61,102 nucleotides of DNA from positions 1 to 61,102 of the IMG/VR virus record IMGVR_UViG_3300030107_003962; one strand, 5' to 3'. Position 1 is the stretch's first letter, and every line of letters begins with the position of its first letter. The position numbers and the translations under genes are program-made. Of this stretch, positions 48,498 to 58,700 are shown in pieces. The notes beneath the pieces are model-generated. The model saw only the letters and a list, made by a program, of their open reading frames with translations, had not been told where the DNA came from and ran no database searches. The DNA is from a virus. Its lineage: Duplodnaviria > Caudoviricetes.

Positions 48498-49682
48498 ATG
48501 GCAATTTATAACTCAGGAAATATGACACCAGAAGAGCTGAAAATGCTTGATGGCGTTATAGAAGAAAACCCACACTATAAAAAAAGAGAAGATAGAAGGG
48601 CAAAGCGTAAAGCTAAGAAAATAGAAAGAAAAGCTGCTAAAGCAAAAGCGAAAGTTGAAAGAAAAAATAAGAAGACGAAGATTAAAACTTTAAAGAAAGG
48701 CTTAAAGAAGGCTAGAAAGAGTGATTCGGAAGATAAAAGAACTAATATTAAAGATATTAAAGACGAAATGAAGTATACAAAGAATCCTGACAAATTCACT
48801 AAAAAAACTGTGAGAAAAAATAGAAAGACTTGGAAAAAAGCAGATAAAGCATATGATAGAACAATAAAAAAGGAACTAAAAGGTTATTCAACTTCAGATG
48901 AATTAGAGAGAAAGGCTAAAAGAAAGCAATGGATAGCGGATAATAATCCAATTAGAAAAGTATCTGAAGCTGTTAGAGATATTGTTAGACCAAATTGGGA
49001 TGAAGATATAGCATATGGTAGGAGTGGTTTAGATGGAAAAAGGACTAGATATAAACCAGAATATAGGGGAAGTAGCGATAGGGATGATGCTAGATTAGGT
49101 AGAATATATAGGGAGGCAGATGAATCATTTGAATTTTCTGCTCCTAAATACGACCCAAATACAGGTAAGAAATTAGACAAATACGAAATAGAAAGTATGA
49201 GGGAAAAAGCGTTTTTTGAAAACAGAGAAAACTTCAGAAAAAGAAAATATTCAGGAGCTAAAGGGAAAGTGAGAAAGTTTATGGAGGATGTATATGATGA
49301 ATATACTCCTGAAATTCACGAAAACCGACATATGCGTTCTTTTAGTAGAGATATGAGAGGCTACACAAGCGATACATATGGAGAAAATTTCGAAAATTTT
49401 AAAAAGAATCGTGATAAAAAATATAGAAATATACGTAAAGAAAAAGCAGAAGATGCAAAGAGTCGTATATTTGAGGACAAACCTTTATCTTTAAGACAGC
49501 AGCAAGTAATATATGAAAGAGATAAAGCAATATATGACAAGAACCCCAATAAAACGTGGGATGGCAAAACAGAGAGTTATGATGAGTATTTAAATAGACG
49601 TGGAGATGATACTCCATATAATAGAGGAAATGAATACTGGAAGAGAAAGAAGAAAAGAGTAAGCCGATATAGGAATAAATAA
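48498..49682 (+). CDS. Extremely Lys/Arg-rich 394-aa protein
   Basis: RBS AAGGAGG; KKREDRRAKRKAKKIERKAAKAKAK... Confidence 0.75.
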   Translation: MAIYNSGNMTPEELKMLDGVIEENPHYKKREDRRAKRKAKKIERKAAKAKAKVERKNKKTKIKTLKKGLKKARKSDSEDKRTNIKDIKDEMKYTKNPDKFTKKTVRKNRKTWKKADKAYDRTIKKELKGYSTSDELERKAKRKQWIADNNPIRKVSEAVRDIVRPNWDEDIAYGRSGLDGKRTRYKPEYRGSSDRDDARLGRIYREADESFEFSAPKYDPNTGKKLDKYEIESMREKAFFENRENFRKRKYSGAKGKVRKFMEDVYDEYTPEIHENRHMRSFSRDMRGYTSDTYGENFENFKKNRDKKYRNIRKEKAEDAKSRIFEDKPLSLRQQQVIYERDKAIYDKNPNKTWDGKTESYDEYLNRRGDDTPYNRGNEYWKRKKKRVSRYRNK

Positions 49683-49700
49683 AAAACAAAGGAGAGTACA

Positions 49701-49808
49701 TTGAAATATATTAAAGATAAATTAAGTTCATTATGGTCTATGCTTAGTTGGAAAGTAATGATGGTTTTGCTAGTAGTAGGTCTAGCAGCAATATGGATGC
49801 TAAGATGA
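49701..49808 (+). CDS. 35-aa single-TM peptide (holin/antiholin-like; not in track)
   Basis: RBS AAGGAGAG plus TTG start: MKYIKDKLSSLWSMLSWKVMMVLLVVGLAAIWMLR. Confidence 0.6.
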   Translation: MKYIKDKLSSLWSMLSWKVMMVLLVVGLAAIWMLR

Positions 49809-50215
49809 TGCAAGATTTAATCAATAGCGTAAAGGAAAATGAAGGCTATAGAAAAATGGTCTATAAAGATTCTTTAGGTATTGATACCATAGGTTATGGT
49901 TTCGCAATTAAAGACCTTGAGTTGGATGAAGATATTTGTGAGGAGATATTAAAGAGAAAGTTAGATAGGTTAGTTGACAGAGTAACCAAAAAATGGGGAT
50001 GGGTTATTAACTTACCAATTGAAGCGCAAGAGGTAATATATGAAATGTGCTATCAAATGGGAATCTCGGGAGTATCAAAGTTCAAAAAGACATTACTCTT
50101 TTTTGAAAGTCACGAATTCAAAATGGCAGCAAAAGAAATGTTGGACTCTAAGTGGGCTAAATCGGATAGCCCACAAAGAGCTAAAAGAATGAGTGATATA
50201 ATAAAGGAGTTATAA
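49805..50215 (+). CDS. Endolysin, GH24 (T4-lysozyme-like)
   Basis: NEGYRKMVYKDSLGIDTIGYG (E-x8-D-x5-T) and EMCYQMG..GVSKFKK...AAKEMLDSKWA; likely start ATG 49805/49808. Confidence 0.9.
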   Translation: MMQDLINSVKENEGYRKMVYKDSLGIDTIGYGFAIKDLELDEDICEEILKRKLDRLVDRVTKKWGWVINLPIEAQEVIYEMCYQMGISGVSKFKKTLLFFESHEFKMAAKEMLDSKWAKSDSPQRAKRMSDIIKEL

Positions 50216-50436
50216 TGGTAGATACACTTAAAACTATGAGTGTTAGTGGAGGAGGAATGTGGGTAACTTGGATGGAATGGTTGCCAGTTGCCGTTAGAGT
50301 TGCTGTGGGAATAGCAACACTATTTTATATGTTCTATAAAACTAAAAACGAATGGTTAAAATATGTTCAAACAAAAGAAAAGGGGGCGCCCAAGAAACGA
50401 CGAGGTCGTAAGAAGAGCCGTCGTAACGCCAGATAA
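50215..50436 (+). CDS. Putative holin
   Basis: Hydrophobic segment WLPVAVRVAVGIATLFYMFY followed by a basic tail. Confidence 0.5.
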   Translation: MVDTLKTMSVSGGGMWVTWMEWLPVAVRVAVGIATLFYMFYKTKNEWLKYVQTKEKGAPKKRRGRKKSRRNAR

Positions 50437-51172
50437 ACACTTTCCTATCGCAGATTACCAAGCGATAGATGTTGTTTGTCAAGCAATAAAAATAATTAAA
50501 CCGGATACCTATATTGATTTAGGTGATACAGGTGAATGGCAATTATTTAGCAGGCATCATTGGAAGAATAAAGAAAAACCTCCATTAGAGGTTCTAATTC
50601 CAATGCTAGACAAGGAAGTCAAGTCAGTAAATGATGGGATGGATATAATAGATGAAGCCTTAGATGAGGTTGGATGTAAAGATAGATATTTCATTCAGGG
50701 CAATCACGAAGTTTGGTTAGATGAATTTGTAGAAAAGCATCCATATCTATCCCATTACATGACTAAAGAAGCATTAAATTTAGATGAGAGAGGTTATGAG
50801 TACTGGGAATATATATCAGATGATAAACTTAAAATCGGCAAACTTAATTTTGCCCATGGTTATTATGTCCCTATACATCATGCAAAGAAGCACCTCGCAC
50901 AACTAAAGGAAAATGTTATGTACGGACACACACATGATTTACAGAGATTTACAGAGACAGGCTTGGGAGGCACTCAGAGTGCTTGGAGTCTGGGGTGCTT
51001 AAAAGACATGAGGTCTGAAAAGAATAAATGGTTAAAGGGTAATCTCCACAATTGGAACCATGCATTTGCAGTAGTAGATTGGTTCGGTAATGGAGATTTT
51101 AAAGTAGAGGTAGTAGAGATTATTAACGGAAGAACTACAGTTTGGGGGCATACTATAAATGGAAATGTTTGA
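50363..51172 (+). CDS. Calcineurin-like metallophosphoesterase
   Basis: PDKHFP, DLGD, GNHE, HG and GHTH motifs. Confidence 0.9.
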   Translation: MFKQKKRGRPRNDEVVRRAVVTPDKHFPIADYQAIDVVCQAIKIIKPDTYIDLGDTGEWQLFSRHHWKNKEKPPLEVLIPMLDKEVKSVNDGMDIIDEALDEVGCKDRYFIQGNHEVWLDEFVEKHPYLSHYMTKEALNLDERGYEYWEYISDDKLKIGKLNFAHGYYVPIHHAKKHLAQLKENVMYGHTHDLQRFTETGLGGTQSAWSLGCLKDMRSEKNKWLKGNLHNWNHAFAVVDWFGNGDFKVEVVEIINGRTTVWGHTINGNV

Positions 51173-51458
51173 TTTACTGGAGCGTTTCGGATTACCGGTC
51201 ATGATGGTTGTGGCTTTAGGGTGGTATGTAAAGTCTCAGAATGCTTGGATACAGAATGAACTACAAACTGAGCTAAGAGAGTCGTTTGAAAGGCTTGAGG
51301 GTATCATTATAAAGCTCATAGATGCCCAAAAAACGATGCAAATCAATCAAGCTAAGATAAAGTCTAAGATTAGTGCTATCATTGAAATTATGGCTAGTTT
51401 AAGTGGAAATGGTTTAAAGGAAAAGTTTATGAAAAATAAAAGAAGGGATGATTATTAG
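51159..51458 (+). CDS. Membrane-anchored coiled-coil protein (holin- or spanin-like)
   Basis: LERFGLPVMMVVALGWYV TM segment followed by a coiled coil. Confidence 0.55.
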   Translation: MEMFDLLERFGLPVMMVVALGWYVKSQNAWIQNELQTELRESFERLEGIIIKLIDAQKTMQINQAKIKSKISAIIEIMASLSGNGLKEKFMKNKRRDDY

Positions 51459-51698
51459 ATGATTGAAATATATCTCGCTATAATGTTGCCTCTTCATATT
51501 GCAGATGAAGTATATTCTTGCAATACTCCAAACACGATAGATAATGATAGTCAGATTTTTTGCAAATGGAATGATAAGGATTTTGTTGAACTAAAGAATG
51601 GTGACAGAATTTTAAGACCTAAGAGAAAAAAAGACAATATAGTAAAAGCCTATTATAGGAAAAAATGGTGGAGGGAAAATGTTACCCGGCATACTTAA
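51459..51698 (+). CDS. Hypothetical protein
   Basis: ORF in the lysis block. Confidence 0.55.
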   Translation: MIEIYLAIMLPLHIADEVYSCNTPNTIDNDSQIFCKWNDKDFVELKNGDRILRPKRKKDNIVKAYYRKKWWRENVTRHT

Positions 51699-51870
51699 AA
51701 TATTAACACCTAAAGTATTAAATGCTATAATGGATTATGTATTCAAAGATAATAATCTTGACCAGCAAATGGCAGCAATGCAAGAAAGAGTTGGAAAACT
51801 AGAAAACATTAAATGCAAATGCTGCAAAGATAAGTTATATAGAATGAAACATTACGAAGGGACTGATTAA
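51679..51870 (+). CDS. Hypothetical protein
   Basis: IMDYVFKDNNLDQQM...RVGKLE. Confidence 0.6.
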   Translation: MLPGILKILTPKVLNAIMDYVFKDNNLDQQMAAMQERVGKLENIKCKCCKDKLYRMKHYEGTD

Positions 51871-52103
51871 TGGCTATACAATCTCCAGATAGTATTGCAA
51901 CAAGAAGAACAAAAGTTGCTAAATTAAAGGGGTCGAATCGGTCCGGAAGACGAGATACTGATGAGAACTCTAGGGTAAGGGCTTTAGAGAGCACAGTTGT
52001 AAAATTAGTAAAAAGAATTGCCACTCTTGAAAACAAGATAAAGGTAATGGTAAAGGTCACAAGGGACCGGAATGGTAAAGAAACAATAATAGTAAAGGAG
52101 TAA
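51870..52103 (+). CDS. Hypothetical protein
   Basis: TAATG coupling. Confidence 0.55.
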   Translation: MAIQSPDSIATRRTKVAKLKGSNRSGRRDTDENSRVRALESTVVKLVKRIATLENKIKVMVKVTRDRNGKETIIVKE

Positions 52104-52105
52104 AT

Positions 52106-52294
52106 ATGTCTAATGGATTCGGAAAAATAGTTGCTGGATATCTTTTTAACGATGAGATGAAAGCTAAGTTAATTGTTAAAATGAATGAGAATGTTGATAT
52201 TCCATTTATATCTGAAAAGACTGAGGCTAAAATCTTAGATGCTGTATGGGATAGCGTTGAAGAAGTTGTTAAAAAAGCCTTAATAGAAGAGTAA
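52106..52294 (+). CDS. Hypothetical protein
   Basis: NENVDIPFISEKTEAKILDAVWD; RBS AAGGAG. Confidence 0.7.
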   Translation: MSNGFGKIVAGYLFNDEMKAKLIVKMNENVDIPFISEKTEAKILDAVWDSVEEVVKKALIEE

Positions 52295-55200
52295 TGCCTA
52301 AGAAGTTAATAAGTATAAATAGGTTTGAAGGTGGCATTAATGATTATTCAGACCCTAGGGATATAGCAGACCAAGAGTCTCCTAATATTGTGAATTTTGA
52401 TATTCGTAAGGTTGGGAGACTTCGTCTCTTAGGTGAATTCATCCTCGATGGAACTGTAGGGGAATTAATAGGGCCAAATACTGGTTCTGCTCCATCTTTT
52501 GATAATTTAGACTGGGGAAATGGAGAGGAGCTTTTTCACTATAAAACAGATACTGAAATGGATGGAGATGTTCTTCCAGAACAATTAATAGCCTTTACAG
52601 ACAAACAGACATCTAAAATATATTTATATAATTCTAGTGGAAATACATGGGTTATAGCAGGCGAGCCAACTGATTCTAATTGGAAGGGATTAAATGCAGT
52701 ATTAACTTCTAATTTAGCATCAACATTAGGGACTGACTCTTCTTATTATGTGGCAGATGGAGTATTAAGGGCATTTAATACAAATTATGGAGATGCAAGT
52801 TATACTGGGTCTGGAGTTATATTTAAAGACGCATGGGCACACACAACAGCTTATGTTGTAGGTGACTGTGTAGATTATAGTGGGTCAAGATATAAATGTA
52901 CAGTTGCCCACACATCTACTGATAATTCCAATGCAGATACGGGAAATCCTGCAAGTGCAACAAATTCATGGTCAGCGATTAATGCATCGGTAGATTTATT
53001 CGGTTCTTCATCTTTATGGATAGGACATATTAAAAGAGATTTTTTAAGTGGAGCTCAAAGTTTCAATAAGTGGACTGCTGTTCCCGCTAAAGTAATCACA
53101 CCCGGACCAGAGACTTTCATGTCTCCATCAGATGGGGCTTCTGGATTTGGAGCTTCTTCAGTAGTAGGTGGAATAGATACAACGGCAGGGAAATTTAGCT
53201 TTGGAGCTCATTTAAAAAGAGATGAAGGTGATGGAACTATAAAATTTTTAGGAAGGAAATTATATATAACATATACATATGATGGGACTCAAGAATCCCT
53301 ACCCTATGAGATACTAACTATAGGGCAAACTGAAATGGACGAACAAGTAACAGCACCTACAACAAATACTTTAGGATACGAGTCTTACCCCATGAGAAAA
53401 GTTGAATATGGTGCATCTACTATATATCTAAGAAATAAGGTGCATGAGCAGGCATCAGCTTCAAATAATCTTAAGAACTGGGAGAATGATGGAGAGTTAA
53501 CAGTAACAGATGATACTGGGCAAATCCAAACATTAATATATTCTACAATTCAAGAGGCAACTAAATATGATGTCACTAGAATAAATAAACATACAGTCGA
53601 TGGTACTAAAACTATAGATTTTTATGCTACTAATGCAGATTCTGAAATAGATGAAGGAGATATATTTGAAATAACAGGAGTTGAAGATGACGATACCTTG
53701 CAAACTACTACGGCAGATGAATATTTAAATGATTCTCATTGGATATGCACAGCTGCTAGTTCTACTTTCATAAGATGTCAAAAATATTGGGCAGATAACA
53801 ATACAGCTCAATCAATAGCAAATACTGGAACTGTAGATTTAAATCCTCCTACTGGTACTGTGAAAATGCAAAGAGGTGGTTCTTATTTGACAGGAGTTAC
53901 TGGATGGGTTGATTCAGGATATTGTAGTATTAATTATGTTCTAGCATCAGCTATATGTACAGATGGAGGAACTTATAGTGTAGCTCCTGATACATTGACA
54001 ATTGATTCTCCTCCTGCAGGTGGAACAACAGCAACTGCAACATTTAGTACACAAGGGGCAGACCCTAGCATTTCTGTAGACCCAAATTCTATAGTAATTA
54101 CTAATCATGGAGATGGATATACAAGCCCTCCAGATATAACTATATCCGGTGGGACTGGTTCTGGGGCAGAATTTACAACATCCATTACAGGTAAATTATC
54201 AACTGAAAATATGTGTGCTGAGTATGGAACGAGTGGAGCTCCTACTACATGGGCTGCATCAGATATTGCGGTTAATGGATGGACAGATGGAGTTCCAAAT
54301 CAATTAGGGTTGATAACATACGACCCGGCAGGAGAATTGGAAGAGCAAGATGAAAACCTAGGAATGAGAATATCATTAACGACATTACCTAAAGGTGATG
54401 GTACTATAGTAGATTATGCTTATGGTGGACCTAGGTTAACTCATGTAAATTTTTATACAAACAAATATGATGCAAGTGGCTCTAGGCCAGAGCAGGATGA
54501 TTATGCTTTTTTAGGTTCATTTGATTTAATAAGGGGATTTATAAAGCCTGACGGAAGTGCTGAGGCTTGGATTACAGATGCTACACATAGTGACCAAAAA
54601 ACAAGTTTCTCTCATTATTTTGGAACACAACCGACAGAGAATTATCAAATGAGGACAGGGATGTTTCCGGATACACAATCTATTGATATGAGATGTAAGA
54701 CATCTGTAGTTTTAAATAGAAGAGTTTATGCAGGAAATGTATTGATGAAAGACGAGGCTGGAAATGAAAAACATTATCCAGATAGAGTATTAAAATCACT
54801 CCCAAATCAATTCGATGTATTTCCACCATACGATTCATTAGATGTTGTTGTTGATGATGGGGATGACATTATTAAGCTAGAATCTTTTGGTGGAAAATTA
54901 TTGCAATTTAAAAGTGAGAATCTTTATGTGATTGATGTAACACAGATGCCTGAATTTCTTGCGGGTACATTTAGATACAGGGGAATTCCACATAAAAACT
55001 CTGCGGCAAAAACCGATGATGGAATTGTATTTGCCAATAAGAATGGAGTATTTTTATATCAAGGAGAAGGGTGTGTGCCGATATCAAAAGGTAAAATAGA
55101 TGATATATGGAATGGAACTAGTGGATTTTATAGTTCAGCAAATCCTCCGATATTAGCTTTTCTCCCAGATAAAAATGTATGTATAATCACAAAAGGAGGC

Positions 55201-55779
55201 TCTGCAGAGTTTCTCGTTTATGATTTTCTTACTAAGGGATGGACGAAAGGTAGTGGAGATAGGTTGTTGGATAGATTGAGGACTGGATTCTTTACAATGA
55301 ATGATACGCTATATCAGGGTATAGAAAAAAGTGGAGGCTCTGACGATTCTACTTCAGATTATAAGGATATCCAATTTTATAAATGGGATGATTCCTTTGT
55401 TGGTTCTAGTTCGACATTTACAGATACTTGTATATGGGAATCTAAAGAATATACGATGGGAGACCCTTCGCAGGAATGCGTAGTCTATAACGTGCAAGTT
55501 TCATACAAAACATCATCAGGCGACACTACTGACGTTGATGGAAAAATGTATTTAATTTATAACGATGGGACTGGAGATGTTTCTCCAGAAGAGTTAACTC
55601 CAACAACTTCATTTGTAGGCACTAATAATAAATGGAAAACAGTTAAGTTTAAAACTGCTGTAAATAGACATTGCTTAACAGCAAAGATTAAATTTGAATC
55701 AACCAGCGGTCAGGTGTTGGATTCTGGATTTGAGATTAACGATATATCAATTGTTTATAGGAATAAAAGCACGAAATAA
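52294..55779 (+). CDS. Tail nozzle/tubular protein B-like (P22 gp10-like position) with inserted domains
   Basis: MPK...RFEGGIN...DPRDIAD.ES N-terminus; propeller-like repeats; FEINDISIVYR C-terminus; WAHTTAYVVGDCV CBM-like insert. Confidence 0.7.
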   Translation: MPKKLISINRFEGGINDYSDPRDIADQESPNIVNFDIRKVGRLRLLGEFILDGTVGELIGPNTGSAPSFDNLDWGNGEELFHYKTDTEMDGDVLPEQLIAFTDKQTSKIYLYNSSGNTWVIAGEPTDSNWKGLNAVLTSNLASTLGTDSSYYVADGVLRAFNTNYGDASYTGSGVIFKDAWAHTTAYVVGDCVDYSGSRYKCTVAHTSTDNSNADTGNPASATNSWSAINASVDLFGSSSLWIGHIKRDFLSGAQSFNKWTAVPAKVITPGPETFMSPSDGASGFGASSVVGGIDTTAGKFSFGAHLKRDEGDGTIKFLGRKLYITYTYDGTQESLPYEILTIGQTEMDEQVTAPTTNTLGYESYPMRKVEYGASTIYLRNKVHEQASASNNLKNWENDGELTVTDDTGQIQTLIYSTIQEATKYDVTRINKHTVDGTKTIDFYATNADSEIDEGDIFEITGVEDDDTLQTTTADEYLNDSHWICTAASSTFIRCQKYWADNNTAQSIANTGTVDLNPPTGTVKMQRGGSYLTGVTGWVDSGYCSINYVLASAICTDGGTYSVAPDTLTIDSPPAGGTTATATFSTQGADPSISVDPNSIVITNHGDGYTSPPDITISGGTGSGAEFTTSITGKLSTENMCAEYGTSGAPTTWAASDIAVNGWTDGVPNQLGLITYDPAGELEEQDENLGMRISLTTLPKGDGTIVDYAYGGPRLTHVNFYTNKYDASGSRPEQDDYAFLGSFDLIRGFIKPDGSAEAWITDATHSDQKTSFSHYFGTQPTENYQMRTGMFPDTQSIDMRCKTSVVLNRRVYAGNVLMKDEAGNEKHYPDRVLKSLPNQFDVFPPYDSLDVVVDDGDDIIKLESFGGKLLQFKSENLYVIDVTQMPEFLAGTFRYRGIPHKNSAAKTDDGIVFANKNGVFLYQGEGCVPISKGKIDDIWNGTSGFYSSANPPILAFLPDKNVCIITKGGSAEFLVYDFLTKGWTKGSGDRLLDRLRTGFFTMNDTLYQGIEKSGGSDDSTSDYKDIQFYKWDDSFVGSSSTFTDTCIWESKEYTMGDPSQECVVYNVQVSYKTSSGDTTDVDGKMYLIYNDGTGDVSPEELTPTTSFVGTNNKWKTVKFKTAVNRHCLTAKIKFESTSGQVLDSGFEINDISIVYRNKSTK

Positions 55780-58700
55780 TGGCGGTACAAAATTATCAAC
55801 CTAGAATATTATTAAAGGACGGAATCCCAAGTGACTCAGAGGGTTATGAGGGTGAAATACGAATTGGGCAATTAGATGGTAAATTATATCAATTTGTAAG
55901 ATATCAGAATAAATGGCATTCAATCCCTTTCTCTCAAAGCGTTGGAGAAGATTTAAGTCAATCAATAGCTAATGTTGTAGTCCAAGCTAAAACACTAACA
56001 ACTCAAACTGTCCAAAGTATCGTATGTGATACAATTAAAGTCAAAGAAACAATCTATGACAACTCTGGTGGAGCTGGAATATCTACTACAGAGTTAATTA
56101 GTCACCCATCAGATAATAATAAAGCACATAGTGATTATATGGTTAGTGGTGGAGAGCAAGACTTTGATGGCTCTATTAAATTTAAAGGTGGAACAACCCT
56201 AGGGGCTGTTGCTAATTATATAATAAGAGGGTATTCTCCTACAGCCGCAGCAGAAGATAAGAATGTATTCTTTATTGGAAATCCAGCATATCATGCTGAT
56301 TGGATAAAAAAAGTAGGATTTTATATTGCCCCATCAAGCATAGAGGGTATATTCCATATTGCTACGACAAGTGGTCAAGATTTTATATTAGATGATGATG
56401 GAAAGTTAAAAATTGAATCACTAGAAGTTACCGCAGGGATATCAGGAAGCTCTTTAGATATAAATAGTAATGCTACAATAAGTTCTTCTGGAGCATTGGA
56501 AGTTATTAGTATCGACACAGGTCCGGGGGCTACTGAAGTGTATCCTACTGCAGATGTTGTGGGTGGTCAATCTATAACAGCTAGCGGAAATGCTCAAGGC
56601 TCTTCTGCGATTAATATAGCTGTAACAGATGACTCAATAGGAGATACTCAATTAGTTCACGAAACGGGGCAGCACTTAAGGAGCACAGATGCTGTTCAGC
56701 ACGTTAGATTAGGATTGGGCGTAGCTGCAGATGGAACTAAAGACCTAACAATAAAATCAGCACATCCAAGAATAGAACTTATAAATAGTAACGATGGTGA
56801 TAGCTCAGTAATATTAGCAAACAACTCAGGTCATTTAGATATAACTCCAACTGATGGAATAGAGGTGGCTAGTAATAAATATATAAAATCCATAGGAGCT
56901 ACGTCAGGATTTGGAGGTGCTGGATTAAATATTACAGTATCTAGCAATAAATATCATATAGAATGCGAAGAATTAACAGTTCGTGGTCAAATGAATGTAT
57001 ATGAGTTATTGATAAACCAAATTAGAGCAACTAATGGTTCTTTGTTTGTGACTACAGCACATGAGTTATCAGCCTTTTCAAATAATCATGCGATTGAAGA
57101 TGATACAGCTTTAGTGTCCTGCAAGGGTAATTTCATTACCGACACTCATCCATTTGTAAATGATGATATATTATTACTTCAATATTGGAGCTTTACAGGC
57201 ACATCCACAAGAAGATATTTAAAGGTTACAGATGCAGGATACGGAACTAATCTTCAATTCCATGCATTGGTTTATGATGTAAATGGAGACCAAGTAATTG
57301 GTGCGGATATAGATGATGAGGAAGATATATTCATTAAAGGTAAAACCTTATGTAGAATAGGTAGTGCTAGTGATACAGATAGACAAGGTGGTATATATTT
57401 AACTTCAGATGATAGTAATGCCCCATATTTATCTATATGGAATGGCCTCACAGCCCCTAATCAATGGGGGACTGCTGGAATAGAGAAATTAAGATTAGGG
57501 AATTTAGACGGAGCAAGTAATCAGTCTGGTGGTACTTTGAGTGGGACATCATATGGATTATCAGCTCAAGATGTATACTTAACTGGTCATTTACACGCAA
57601 CCACAGGATATATTGGAAATACAGATGCTGGATGGGCGATTGATAGTTTAGGAATAGTAAATACAACGTCGAATGTGAATGCAAGAATAGCTATAGGAAC
57701 AGGTGGATTTTTTAATGCAAATCAATCATTTTATGTAGATGGTACTGGGCAATTTAGCCTTTATGATAAATTTAAAGTTGATACTGATGGCTCAATAACA
57801 ATAACAGGTAATTTTTACACATCTGATAATAATCCTATAGGACCGGGGATGACTTGGCAAGGTGATTGGTCAGAAAGTACTACATATCAAGTAAATGATG
57901 GAGTAGCTCATAATGGAGCTAGTTATCTATGTATCTTATCGACATTAAATAATGAACCGCCAAATTCTACATATTGGGAAGCTATGGCATTAAGTGGTTC
58001 CCCGGGTAGTGATGGAGCCGATGGGGCAGATGGAGCAGATGGTGAAACTGGGCCAACGGGACCTACCGGTCCAACAGGACCAACGGGAGAAAAAGGTGAA
58101 GATGGTAGTGATGGAGCCGACGGAGCTGACGGAGTAGATGGTATTGACGGTGTTGACGGAGACGATGGAACAGATGGTGTTGACGGTGTTGACGGAGAAG
58201 ATGGGGAACCGGGTACTCCGGGAGCAGCAGCTAAGGGCATCCATTTATCTTTAGAGTCTTCAACTATATCTTATGATAATTCCACGGGAACTCCAGTATT
58301 AAATCCATCTGGGGGAACACAAGACTTTAAAGTATATGGCGTATTAACAAATATAAGCGGTCAAAATGTTACTTATACTATTAAAGATACAAATGGAACA
58401 GCTCAGACCGACTTAACATTCTCTAATGGAAGTCATACACTAACAGATATGAGTGGTTCTCAAGGATGGGTTCAAGTAGATGTATCTTCTTGGGATACTG
58501 TAGCATCTGGTGATTCTAAGCTAATTCATGTTAGTGTTACAGATGAGGGAACAGAATATACAGATGAGCAAAGAATATATGCATTATTTTCAGGGCAATC
58601 TGGGTCTGACGGAGCTGATGGAGCAGACGGGGAGAACGGTGCTGATGGTGCAGATGGTAGTGATGGTATTCATGGAGTAACAGCATTTTTAACAAATGAA

